Both the position numbers and the translations under genes were made by a program. A DNA stretch of 63,517 bases, filler included, from Octopus bimaculoides (lineage: Eukaryota), in assembly GCF_001194135.2 (NCBI RefSeq). It is 5 parts of 5 records of this genome, joined end to end, with 100 filler letters (N's around TTAATTAATTAA, not from the genome) between each part and the next. Parts side by side here need not be neighbours in the genome. Positions count along the whole stretch, not along the records: positions 1 to 13,300 come from NC_068984.1; positions 13,401 to 32,170 come from NC_069005.1; 3 more parts are not named here. One strand, written 5' to 3'. How positions within the stretch are numbered: the first letter of the stretch is position 1; every line of letters begins with the position of its first letter. The notes below the pieces were generated by a model. It was not told where the DNA came from and searched no databases. It saw only the letters and a list, made by a program, of their open reading frames with translations. This document shows positions 11,025 through 22,601 of the stretch, piece after piece.

Positions 11025-11935
11025 TATATCGACAGGAGGGTTTAGCTATGGGCTAGCCATTATCACCGATAATAGTCAATATATACATGGAATACTTTGA
11101 GAATTTGGCTTTAGGATCAACACCACTAAAACCAACACCATAGCTATGATATGTTGATGGCACCTTTATACTCTGGCCACACCAGGAAGATGTCCAAGTG
11201 CCGTTAGATCATGTGAACTCAATAAAGCCATCCATACAGTTCACAATGGAAAAGGAAAAAAAGACAATCAGCTAGCATTCCTGGACGTATTAATAACACG
11301 CACCAAGTATGGATTCAGGACATCCGTATACCGCAAGCCGACTTTTACTGGACGATACCTCAACTTCAATTCCCACCATCAATACAGTGTAAAGAGAGGG
11401 ATTGCTTAGTGCCTAAAACATCATGCAAAGAATATAAGTAGCGATCGTAATACACACCACGAAGAAACGATCAAACTCAATAACAATCTGTTAAGCAACC
11501 CCAAAAGCATACTATTCACTCTAATTAGAAGGGAGAGAATAAGGCCAAAAAACTGTCCACAGGCTGTCTACCCTATATGAAAGGCCTCTCCCAAAAGATA
11601 CAAAAGATATGCGGCCCATATGACATCATGACATAATACAACTTCGCAAATATCTCCTTCGAGTAAAACCACCAATAGAAGAGAATATGACCAAAGATTG
11701 CGTGTACTAAATCCCATGCAGCTGTGGTAGGTTATACAAAGGTGAAGCATGCCGCCCCTTCAAAATAAGGGTAGACGAACATCGCAAAGCTGTGACACTA
11801 GGAGATATTGATAAATCGGGTATAGCTGATCATGCTAGGACACAACAACCTCCTAAGCAGACCGACTGCAGATATGAGCAGCATATGGGAACCAGTATTA
11901 AGGAAGGATAGAAAAATATTAGGTTTATAAGCCCT
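11025..11935 (+). pseudogene. Penelope-like element family 1: RT C-terminal half plus GIY-YIG endonuclease
   Basis: YRQEGLAMG*PLSPIIVNIYMEYFE; YVDGTFILW (YVDD site); QFTMEKE..NQLAFLDVLI; VYRKPTFTGRYLNFNSHH; LPYMKGLSQKI; CVY*IPCSCGRLYKGE..RPFKIRVDEHRK. Confidence 0.92.
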
Positions 11936-11954
11936 AAAATTCATTCTATAATTA

Positions 11955-12030
11955 CCCACGGGCATATGGCGTAGTGGTTAAGAACGCGGGCTACTTACCC
12001 CAAGATTCTGAGTTCAATTCCAAGCAGTGA

Positions 12031-12069
<39 letters not shown>

Positions 12070-12195
12070 CAACAACATCGAAAAATACCTTAGGAATGAG
12101 AACCCAGGTTCGAAATTTCCCCAAGACACCTCAAGAAGGCTGGAGGGTATATCAGCCAAAACGTTGAATGTAAATAATGTAAATAATGTATAAAA
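11955..12195 (+). mobile_element. tRNA-like Pol III head + (AAT)n + decayed hammerhead, at the 3' end of the Penelope copy (pLTR or PLE-dependent SINE)
   Basis: A box TGGCGTAGTGG 11967-11977, B box GAGTTCAATTCC 12010-12021, (AAT)n 12035-12066, then the same HHR-containing sequence as 10920-11020 in opposite orientation. Confidence 0.7.
12125..12166 (+). ncRNA. Inactivated hammerhead copy
   Basis: GACAC-CTCAAGA-A-GGCTG-GAGGGTATAT-CAGCC-AAAAC-GTT: core G5C and G12A changes, and the 3' strand of stem I is deleted relative to the 10970 copy. Confidence 0.65.
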
Positions 12196-12259
12196 TTTGG
12201 TGCTTACAGTTCGGCTTGTATCCGTGACTTTCCTGGCCACGAGTTCAAATCATTGAACA

Positions 12260-13010
12260 AAAATGTAATGTGTTCATCAGAGAGTGGCTAGGCTCTTTAT
12301 CGTAAAAGAGGTTCGTTGCAGTTACCACTGGCGTCAATAGTTGAAAGGTGAAGATGCTGAGAGAGTCGATGTGAAAACAGCCAGGAAGTGGAATGCAGAA
12401 GCAGGGTCTGATGACATCCTAAGACCGAGATATGGTGGGCACAACGTAAATTCAGCGGAAGGGACTTGGTTTTGGCGCAGATCCATTCAGACCGGTTGCA
12501 AGTATGATGCGGAATAAACGCAGATCTGTTGTTAGCAACAGCGTCAAAATGAGGGAAGCAGAGAGAAGAGAGCTTCATTTGATTCAATGCATTCAAAAAG
12601 TACAAATGACGAGATGGGAGGAATATGTTGTTGAGAGAAAAATAAGTTGGGATGAGATATGGAGGTGGTCCACATCTCAGCTAAGGTTTCTGATTTGTTC
12701 ATCCTATGATGTCTTGCCTGCAATTCTAGTAAGATGGAACGTCTCAAAAAATGATATATGCAAATGCAGAAAGGTCAGAACACTGAAACATATTCTTTCC
12801 AGCTGTTCACTTGCATTGAACAGGTATACATGGTGACACAACCTGGTCCTTAAGGTTATCTTCAATGCGATAAAGAACCAAACTGATCTCAACAACAGTG
12901 AAAAAAAAAACGTTGAAAGTACCAATTAGAGACTTCATTACCTTCGTGCGCTCAGGACAGCGGATCTTCTTGAAAAAGAAGAACAACAAACTTCCTGTGA
13001 GCGATGAAAA
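12260..13010 (+). pseudogene. HERO-clade element, 3' part (CCHC region), continuation of 8955-10900
   Basis: VKTARKWNAE; QRKGLGFG; MTRWEEYVVERKISWDEIW...LRFLICSSYDVLP..LVRW...CKC..VRTLKHILSSCSLALNRYTW*HNLVLKVI. Confidence 0.85.
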
Positions 13011-13114
13011 GTGGAACGATTCTTTCCCATCTCAGTTACGAGTCATCTCAGTTACGGATCATCTTCAGGACACTTGACCATTTAACATACTACTATCATG
13101 ACACCCCCGCATTC

Positions 13115-13204
13115 TTCTTCTTCTTCTTCTTCTTCTTCTTCTTCTTCTTCTTCTTCTTCTTCTTCTTCTTCTTCTTCTTCTTCTTCTTCTTCTTCTTCTT
13201 CTTC
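13115..13204 (+). repeat. (TTC)n microsatellite
   Basis: About 30 pure units; source of the poly-F ORF. Confidence 0.95.
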
Positions 13205-13300
13205 CCTACCAAGAATTCACAACGACTTCGAACACACAAGAGTAAACAAGAGAGGCAGAAACAAGCAGTAACAAGGAAAATGCCACTTGTATTTGAACAC

Positions 13301-13400
13301 NNNNNNNNNNNNNNNNNNNNNNNNNNNNNNNNNNNNNNNNNNNNTTAATTAATTAANNNNNNNNNNNNNNNNNNNNNNNNNNNNNNNNNNNNNNNNNNNN
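13301..13400. other. Artificial scaffold linker (44N-TTAATTAATTAA-44N)
   Basis: Exactly 100 bp; the palindromic 12-mer at 13345-13356 puts TAA in all six frames. Confidence 0.95.
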
Positions 13401-13622
13401 TCTTATTTCTTTATTGCCCACAAGAGGCTAAACATAAAGGGGACAGACAAGGGGATTAAGTCGATTACATCGATCCCAGTGCGTAACTGGTACTTAATTT
13501 ATTAACCCCGAAAGGATGAAAGGCAAAGTCGACCTCGGCGGAATTTGAACTCAGAACGTAGCGGCAGACGAAATACCGCTAAGCATTTCGCCCGGTGTAC
13601 TAACGTTTCTGCCAGCTCGCCA
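13401..13622 (-). mobile_element. SINE family A (A1), full length
   Basis: Reverse complement of 6000-6230. Confidence 0.85.
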
Positions 13623-14144
13623 CCTAAAGCTGTTTTATATATATATCAAACAAATCATGCCTCTAGCAGTTGTACTGCCTTGAAGCTGACATTCTAGCCA
13701 TCCAGAGTTATCTCCCTTGCTCTATTTTGATAGTCATCGATTTTAATAGTTTATTGATTTCTAACTACGAGAGAGGAGCCCGACGGGGAGAACGGGGAAT
13801 GGTTTTAATTGCATCAGCCCGGAAACAATTAATACTTTATTTTGTTAATCCTAGAACGATGAACGGCGAAGGTCTAATAGCAGAATTTAAAACTTAAAAC
13901 GAAAATTGGATGCATTTATTTCGATCTAAAATCTCTCAGGTGTATAGTCTTTTACTAATCAGGGCAGACCAAAGACTTAAGCAACAACAACAACAATAAA
14001 AACAACAACAGCGGCAACAACAACAGCAACAATGACAATAACAACACCGACCATAACAATATAATCACTGTTTTAATTAAGTTCGCTGTGTCCAGGGGGG
14101 AGGGGGAGGAGGAGGGAGATTGAGAGTGCATTGTGCTTATTAAC

Positions 14145-14340
14145 TTTACCTATTTACCTTTTACTCGTTGCAGTCATCAAAATGCGGTCATATTGGGGCA
14201 CCGCCTTGAAGAATTTTACTCAAACAAATCGACCTCTAGACTTAGCTTTTTTTTTTTTAAAGGTTGGTGCTTGTTCTATCGACTAAAAGGCGGTGCTCCA
14301 GCATGGCCACGGTCAAGTGACTGAGACAAGTAAAAGAGTA
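14145..14340. mobile_element. SINE family C 3' fragments in inverted arrangement
   Basis: CAGTCATCAAAATGCGGTCATATTGGGGCACCGCCTTG (minus) followed by GACTAAAAGGCGGTGCTCCAGCATGGCCACGGTCAAGTGACTG (plus). Confidence 0.65.
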
Positions 14341-14828
14341 TGTCTAACATATGATAGCTTCGTGGGTTTCATTCTTGACAATTTATGGTTTTCAATTTAA
14401 CAGCAATTCTACTACTGTAGTATTTGTTATCATGTCTTTTCGGTTTATTCTGCCCAATCTGTGAAAGATCCACGTCTCAAGAACATTTTTATTTCTCTCT
14501 GCTTTGTAGAGAAATTTAGTAGACTATAACAGTTTACTAGACTCATATTTAGATACATGCTATGTGTTTTGGTGTGAAGATCTTTTTCAGCTTTATAAAT
14601 TTTGTTTTAACCATATTATCCATATAAAATATATGCATACATGCATATATATATATATATATATTTTAAAAAATAACGTCGACCACTAACGTGGACAATT
14701 AATGCGCTAGAAATAGATCACATCTTGTGTCTATTAAGACCTAAGTTGTTCTCAACATGAAATATAGCAGCATACCAAAAACGTGAGCGGGCAAGACATT
14801 TAAAATCACCTAAAAAAGCATTATTAAA

Positions 14829-14886
14829 CAGGAACTAGTTTCGGATTTAACAAATTCTTACCATTTGTCTATTCCTCATCAGCCTG
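14829..14886 (-). ncRNA. Intact minimal type I hammerhead ribozyme
   Basis: Minus strand: CAGG-CTGATGA-GGAATAGACAAAT-GGTAAGA-ATTTGTTAAATCC-GAAAC-TA-GTT-CCTG; stem I CAGG/CCTG, perfect palindrome AACTAGTT as stem III, triplet GUU. Confidence 0.8.
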
Positions 14887-15314
14887 ATTTGTAGTGAACC
14901 GTAATCATCAGAATCGTATACAGAGTTGCCCACCGCCATGTGTGCGCGTGCATATGGTTCTGCTAATTACAGCTTAATGGTAAAATTCAAAAGTCTTTGT
15001 TTTGGCGCGCTAATTCCAGGAATATATCCGCAGAAAATATTTACTGCGTCTTATATATTCAGTATGAGAACATGGGCAATGGGTAAAATATTATTATATT
15101 TTTTTATATATATATATATATATACATACATGTACGTTTATGTGCATGTGTACCTGTGTGTGTGTTCCTCTGTGTGTTTATGCACTTATGTATACACAGA
15201 CATATACACACATACACACACACATGTATATAACCACAACAGATCAATATTCATACATGCATACACATGTATGTACGTATGCATGAATGTATGTATGTAC
15301 ATATGTATGTACAT

Positions 15315-15475
15315 TCTGCTGAGGTCGACTTTGCCTTTCATCCTTTTGGGGTCGATAAATTAAGTACCAGTTACGCACTGGGGTCGATGTAATCGACTTA
15401 ACCCATTTGTCTGTCCTTGTTTGTCCCCCCCCCCTCTATGTTGAGCCCCTGGTGGGCAATAAAGAAATAAGAAAC
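15315..15475 (+). mobile_element. SINE family A (A1), 5'-truncated
   Basis: GAGGTCGACTTTGCCTTTCATCC...GGGCAATAAAGAAATAAGAAAC. Confidence 0.85.
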
Positions 15476-15484
15476 ATGACTGAT

Positions 15485-15915
15485 CTGCGTAGAATGAGCT
15501 ACTTTACCATTATCATCTCTCGAGCTTGCTGAATCTTCTCGTCAGTGGCGGAGCTTGATGGGCGCCCTGCTCCCACTTCGCGCGTCACACTTGTCCGGCC
15601 ACTTTTAAACCTCTCAATCCACTCATACACACTTCTACGTATTGTGCTAAAAAGTCTCCGATGAATATCACACCTGACACACCTTCGGACTAGAGAAATC
15701 GTATCACTGCTCTTTGTTCTTCTTTCATGCACATTGCTAGTGGAGCGACCATGCTTACACTGTAAAGCCAGAAAGAAAAAATAGCGTGATCAGGCTCAAA
15801 TTTCGATCAGGTGACCGCAATAGTACCAACTATAAGCACGCATGTGCAGAAGGTCATGTGCAGAAGGTATGTTTTGGCGAAAGTGTGGATGGTTTTTGAC
15901 TTTCTCTCGTAACTG
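15485..15915 (-). mobile_element. mariner transposon 5' fragment (TIR plus N-terminal HTH)
   Basis: SVYEWIERFKSGRTSVT.E.GAGRPSSSATDEKIQQAREMI; minus-strand TACGAGAGAAAGTCAAAAA terminus near 15915. Confidence 0.85.
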
Positions 15916-15999
15916 AAAATATCTTAAACCCTTTCGTTCCAACAACGTGTGTGTGTGTGTGTGTGTATATGGTTTATCCTTTACTTATTTCGGTTATTC

Positions 16000-16170
16000 A
16001 ATTGCTGCCAGCCTGGGGTACTGCCTTGAAGGGGTTTAGTAGAAAAGATCGACTCCAGAACGTATTTTTTTTATGTTTCGTACTTACGTATTCTATCGGC
16101 CTCTTTGCCAAACCGTCGTGCTACGGGAATGTAAACAGACCAACACTGGTTCTCAAGTGGTGATGGTAAT
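16000..16170 (-). mobile_element. SINE family C 3' half
   Basis: GGTACTGCCTTGAAG...CTTACGTATTCTATCGGCCTCTTTGCCAAACCG...GTAAACAGACCAACACTGGTT. Confidence 0.7.
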
Positions 16171-16375
16171 GGAGGCAAACACAAACATAAAGACACAAGC
16201 ACATACAGATGCGCGCGCGCACGCGCACACACAGATAAACACACACACACTCGCTCACATGTGAGTACATACCTGCCAAACAAGAAGAAAATAGTACTTG
16301 AATTGAATACCAGAGGTAAACTAAAGTCCTATTTTATTTTTAATGATGTCAAAATGCCTTCACTCATAGTAATAA

Positions 16376-16520
16376 TGGTTTCACATTTTGGCACAAGGCC
16401 GGCAATTCCGGAAGAGGGGTTAAGTCGATTACATTGACCTCTCAGTTGATACTTATTTTATCGACCCCGAGGGATGAAAGGTAAAGTCGCCCTCGACGGA
16501 ATTTTTGAACACAGAACGTA
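16376..16520 (-). mobile_element. SINE family A (tail A2), partial
   Basis: TTTTGGCACAAGGCC...TAAGTCGATTAC...GGATGAAAGGTAAAGTCG. Confidence 0.75.
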
Positions 16521-17045
16521 AAAAAGACCACCATAGCAGAAAGAAGAGAGAGAAAATAATAGAAAAAGAGAGAGGGTGGGGGAAATATAAAAATATAATT
16601 GAAACATGTTAAGTCGAACATTTCTATAAGTTGAAGATAAGGCGTGGATGGGAAAGGGTGATGACAATAGAATAATAGGAAGTTGAACTAGATAGGCAGG
16701 AAAAACAAGGCAAAAATTAGAAAGAATATGGAATAAAGTAAATTAGATATTAAGAAGCCAGCTTCGAACACTCACACAGTGAAAGAATATCAAAATACAA
16801 TATACAAAAATAAATGGACAGATGTGTACATAAAACAATAAATAAAACCCGAAAATTACACTGAGGAATATATATATATTATATAATGATATATAATAAT
16901 ATAATAACATGTATTGTATTATTATATTATTAATTAGAATATTCATCTCTCAGGCATAAAGGCTTTTGCTCGAAAAACAAAAATAAAATACGAACAACAT
17001 ATTTACTAATTCTTTCAGTTTCAAATATAGCGATTATATCTATAT

Positions 17046-17190
17046 ACATACATACATACATACATAAATATATGTACATACATACATACATACATAAATA
17101 TATGTACATACATACATACATACATAAATATATGTACATACATACATACATACATAAATATATGTACATGCATACATACATACATACATA
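17046..17190 (+). repeat. 30-bp higher-order tandem repeat built on (TACA)n
   Basis: TACATAAATA recurs at 17061, 17091, 17121 and 17151. Confidence 0.9.
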
Positions 17191-18204
17191 TCCATGCGTA
17201 TGTATTCCCATACATGTAAAAGCGTAAATACGTGCATACATATTTGTATACTTATTTATATATGCGTATATTTAGAGAGCTGTGGTGACGGAATTATATT
17301 GATAATTATAACGATAGAATTTTAAATTAAAAATAGTAATGATAAATAAAGCTTGTATGGCATATATCTTGATCGATAAATGTGATGGATGAGAAAAATA
17401 CATAAAACACAAGATATATTGTGATAAAATCGTATAGAACGAAATTTGACTGTCGAAAATTCGACAATAAAGCTTCCAACAAATATGCTGTTATCTTAAA
17501 AGATCGATAGCAATTGACAAAGCTTATATGAGTTAACCATTTAGTGGCATCGGTCCGAAAATTAAGAATTTCGAAGAGTGTCTGCTAAAATTCAGAAGCT
17601 CAGTTTCACTATTCAGTGCATATTTTTCCTGGAACATTAAAAAGTACTCTTCACTCAAGCCCAACGAACACCTCATCGAATTCCGATGCTATCCATGCCT
17701 GTAAGGGGGAGCTAGCTTTTTTCTAAAATAGACCATTATATCTTAAAGGGAGAAGAACAAGTTTATTTTAATTTCCATGAGTGTTTAGATAGAGACGCTG
17801 CTGTTCTGCTCTCAGGATATTTGAAAGAATACCCGTGTAAATGAATTTTCGTTTCGAAGCTGTTTTCTGTGGTTCCGATACAAGTTTTAGTAGTAGGTGT
17901 ATTACAAATATGTACCTTAGCCCTATAAGCCCTATATTCAGCACCTTTAATCAGGTAGTTACCATTTTAAGGGGTCTTTGAAATTATTTTTAGGTCCGTC
18001 AACAATTTCGTTAGGTTTGTTGAGAACGCTAACATTGTGTTTGTTAACAAATTCAGTGAAGTTTTTGCAACAAGAATAGCTAATTTTCGGGGCTCTTTAG
18101 TTAAAAGTCCTGTAGATGATAAATCTATCCACTGTTATTTAAAGAAAACTCTTATTTCATGTTTTCCCGAAGCTGTATAAACTATGTAATATTTATGGTC
18201 ACTT

Positions 18205-18422
18205 TAAGGCGGTGAGCTGGCAGAATCGTTACCGTGCCGGACAAAATACTTAATGGTACTTCTTCCGACCCTCTGTTCTGAGTTTAAATGCTGGAAGGGT
18301 TGACTTGTCTTTTCATCCTTTCAGGGGGGGGGCGATAAAGTAAGTACCATTTGAGCACTGAGGTCAATATAATCGCCTCACCCACTCTCCCGGAACTGCT
18401 GGCCTTGTGCCAAAATTTGAAG
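18205..18422 (+). mobile_element. SINE family A (A2), full length, diverged
   Basis: GGCGGTGAGCTGGCAGAATCGTT...TTTTCATCCTTTC...GCTGGCCTTGTGCCAAAATTTGAA. Confidence 0.8.
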
Positions 18423-18809
18423 CAAGTGCTTGGACACCAGACATGTTAATAAACTCTATCTGGCATTGTCTCGTTACATGAAACTAATAGTAGCACATAA
18501 AACTTATATCGTGTTTATTAAATAATATTTATCTCTTGCCAGATTACGTACATTTTAATGTTGATCTTACCAACATAGAACAGTACACTATGTATATATA
18601 TATATATATATATATAGTGGTATAACCCAACACTGAATATATATCNNNNNNNNNNNNNNNNNNNNNNNNNNNNNNNNNNNNNNNNNNNNNNNNNNNNNNN
18701 NNNNNNNNNNNNNNNNNNNNNNNNNNNNNNNNNNNNNNNNNATATATATATAAAATTTTAAAATTCCTTCGATATATATTCAGTGTTGGGTTATACCACA
18801 AAACCTTTC

Positions 18810-19150
18810 AAGCACTAGTCCTACGGGGCCTTCTGGCCTTGTTTTCACTGGCTATATAGATCAAGGAGATGCCACTATTACCTTGTGTGCCATTATAGTT
18901 CGGGGAGACATCGTTAATAGCTGCCTTGTCTGATGACAAGGAGGAAATGTTTGTATTACTTAACCATGTTCGTGAGTCGACAAAGTGGTTAATTTGAACG
19001 TTTATTAATACAAAATAACCATTCATTAGGCTTATTATAAGGTATAATAGAGTTAGATTGCAAATCTAGTTAATATTTAAAACGTTAGTACTACAAAGAT
19101 CTTTGTCAACAGTAAGTTTTAAGCCAGTCCGCAGGAATAAGGCTGTTATC
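18810..19150 (-). pseudogene. Penelope-like element family 2, RT C-terminal fragment
   Basis: LKLTVDKDLCSTNVLNI...IIPYNKPNE...INKRSN*P; NISSLSSDKAAINDVSPNYNG...NKARRPRR. Confidence 0.6.
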
Positions 19151-19289
19151 CCTCTATTCTATATGTAAGTGGTGCAAAATATACACTTCTATATGTGTAA
19201 GTGTATGTGCATATATATATATATATATATATACACTCATATGTGTAAGTGTGTATGCATGCATATATATTCTTGGTGTTGTTCTCGTG

Positions 19290-20160
19290 TAATGATGCTT
19301 TTCTTATTGGGCAGCAGTTATATGGATTTTATTAAGTGCCTGTTAAATATTTTCTTTTGCCTCAAATTTTCTGGAAAATGTTTGTTTAGGTGAGACAGGA
19401 AACTTTTGCCTATGCTAGTTTTTACATTAAGGGAAAGCGGGGGGAGGGCGACCAAATTATTTTCCTAAGTCTATTTTTAGGTCTACTATTATTATACCTA
19501 TTAATATTAGAAGGGTTATACATTAATTTATCCTTAAAGCCACTATTGGCTAGGGCATTGTTATAGTAGGGAGCTGTGTTCTCGAAAATTTCCTCAAGGG
19601 AAGAGAGGTTAGAAACTCTATTACTAATGTCAACTATCAGATTTTTAAATACGCAGGGGAGTGACAAGATTATTTATGTACATAGTATACAGTTTCTCGT
19701 TGGGCTTATGATAAGGTTTATAAGAGGAGGAGTTCAGGCCTAGGGAGACATCTAAAAAATCAACTTTAGACAGATCACTAGCGGCTGTGATTTTAAGGCC
19801 CAATCTACTGGAGATAGAAGTTAGTTGTTTTCTTCACTAATCTTGGGTGTGCCCATCACAGCCACGGAAATACCCAATCAGTTGTCTCGGTATAGACCAA
19901 TGTCGTGAGATGGGTACTACGTCTCAATGTGTTTAATACAAAGAGACCCACAAGATCGCAGACGTCAGCACTGTTGTACGATCCCATTGATACATCGAAC
20001 AATTCGTTACTATCCAACTTTTTCATCCATGTTGAGCCTGAGCCCTTACTAAACAGTAGTGTTTTCCTTGCATGCATGATAAAGTCCAGGTCTACATGGT
20101 CTATTCTATATCAACATATGGTTTAGCAAACGCAATGGCTTTATCAGGCAGCGATCTCGA
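19290..20160 (-). pseudogene. Penelope-like element family 2, RT
   Basis: HARKTLLF...W.KK...LFDVSMGSYNSADVCDLVGLFVLN; GLYRDN (YRDD site); ISNRVSNLSSLEEIFENTAPYYNNALANSGFKDKLMY; RKIIW..P.F.LNVKTSIGKSFL..LNKHFP...KIFNR. Confidence 0.85.
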
Positions 20161-20989
20161 GGTGGTGGGATAAAAATCTATATTGTATTTGTTAAATAAT
20201 ATATATATATATNNNNNNNNNNNNNNNNNNNNNNNNNNNNNNNNNNNNNNNNNNNNNNNNNNNNNNNNNNNNNNNNNNNNNNNNNNNNNNNNNNNNNNNN
20301 NNNNNNNNNNNNNNNNNNNNNNNNNNNNNNNNNNNNNNNNNNNNNNNNNNNNNNNNNNNNNNNNNNNNNNNNNNNNNNNNNNNNNNNNNNNNNNNNNNNN
20401 NNNNNNNNNNNNNNNNNNNNNNNNNNNNNNNNNNNNNNNNNNNNNNNNNNNNNNNNNNNNNNNNNNNNNNNNNNNNNNNNNNNNNNNNNNNNNNNNNNNN
20501 NNNNNNNNNNNNNNNNNNNNNNNNNNNNNNNNNNNNNNNNNNNNNNNNNNNNNNNNNNNNNNNNNNNNNNNNNNNNNNNNNNNNNNNNNNNNNNNNNNNN
20601 NNNNNNNNNNNNNNNNNNNNNNNNNNNNNNNNNNNNNNNNNNNNNNNNNNNNNNNNNNNNNNNNNNNNNNNNNNNNNNNNNNNNNNNNNNNNNNNNNNNN
20701 NNNNNNNNNNNNNNNNNNNNNNNNNNNNNNNNNNNNNNNNNNNNNNNNNNNNNNNNNNNNNNNNNNNNNNNNNNNNNNNNNNTATATATTAATTTTATAT
20801 TATATCATATTATGTCATATATTTAATCCACTATCAGACTTATCTTTGGGTACTTTATTTTTAGTGATTAGACAGCTTCTTCCTTTTCAACTTGTCCTAC
20901 TCTGGAATATATCTGTGTGTGTGTATGTATATTTTACGTGTTTGTGTGAGTGTGTGTGTATGTGTGCGTGTGTGAAGCATTCAGGTATT

Positions 20990-21034
<45 letters not shown>

Positions 21035-22084
21035 CACACAATATGAAATTTCTTTTGTAAATAATGGTGTGTCAGTAAATTACTGGTATTTCTCAGCTCT
21101 GTAAATAGTATATGTAGAGAGAGATGTCGACATTGTCTGCAATTTGAACTTATATCCTTCATCTGCCAGAGAAGCCAACAACAAAACAAAAACACTTTAT
21201 CATATATACAAGTTCAACAGCTATTAATTTAATTGATAGTGAGTGTGTGGTTAATTAATTGATTAATTCATAGAGGGATTGAATAATCGATTGATAAAAT
21301 GAGCGATTTATACAGACGCTGAGTGAGTGATTGATATCGATTAGGTGATAGATTATGTGATTGATTGAATAATTAATAACGTGGATGTGTGGGAGAGTAA
21401 AAGAAGGATTGAATTGACTGAGAGATTATAAATCAGGTTAACGTCTGATTAGTTGGCTAGATAACTGATTTATTGATTTAATTATTATTTAATCGATATA
21501 TGATTGTTGGCATCACCATCCTTACATCAGGCTCAGATTTAGATGTGTTTTACTAGAGGTCATCCATCTCGCTGCCAACCAGACTATCTAAGCTTAATGC
21601 TATTGATCAAATCAACGACTGATGATATCGGCCGTTTTTTTTTCTTTTTGCCAAATTAGAAAACAACAGATTAGCGTGAGTCAAGAAGAGAGCTTCCACG
21701 TGATCACTCGGCTTTCTACATATAACAACCAAATTGCCCTCATACCACACTCTTCCGTCTTCGAAGAAAACATGAAACACGTTGGACTATTTAGTCCTAG
21801 ATTACAAACAGGCGGGGTAATTACGGTTTCAATGACTTTGATCTAAGCTGTGCTCATTCGACGCTAGCTTATGGCTAAACAACAACACAATTATGTTTGG
21901 TCATTTCTTAATTGTGAAATTAATGCATGTTAATTATACTGTTCCATTAAGAACAACCACAATGGACATTAGGATATTACATGGTCCGTCTATATGAGTA
22001 CACCGAACCAAAGAATATACACAAATGCATGCACACATAGACGCACACATATATTTGTGGATGTATGTTTATACATACATACAT

Positions 22085-22115
<31 letters not shown>

Positions 22116-22541
22116 GTGTATGTGTGTGTGTATCAATGAACAATAAGTAAATGGAGATATTGAAGTTAATAAGAGTTTATTATCAGTAAAAAATCGACCA
22201 TTTGCCATAATTTTCTTGCTTGGTGACAAGAAGTTGTGTTGTAATTAGTTATGACTTCCCATTAGTTGTTTATTTGTACATTGTTTTATATTACTATAGA
22301 ATATAAAAGTGAACTTTCTACCCCTACATGAGAGTATGCTTTCGTTTCTTCAATTTAGTACTTTATTATCCGTTAGATGTATCTTAAGTGACTCGATCAC
22401 GCAACACCTACATTCTCTTTTGTTAACTTTATATGCTGGAGGTATGGGTATAATGCCCCATTGTAGTTTGAAATTTATTAACAGAAATCTGGGCTATACA
22501 ACTATCAAAATATGTATAGAGTTTGAATCCCATATACATAC

Positions 22542-22601
<60 letters not shown>

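Noticed and set aside
11960-12035. Possible tRNA gene (also the heads at 51363, 55320-55398 and 6000)
   Set aside because: A and B boxes are present but cloverleaf arms are broken and each continues into a repeat body; these are SINE or pLTR heads.
13345-13356. TTAATTAATTAA as a PacI site cluster or homeodomain site
   Set aside because: Always centred in exactly 44+44 N; assembly linker.
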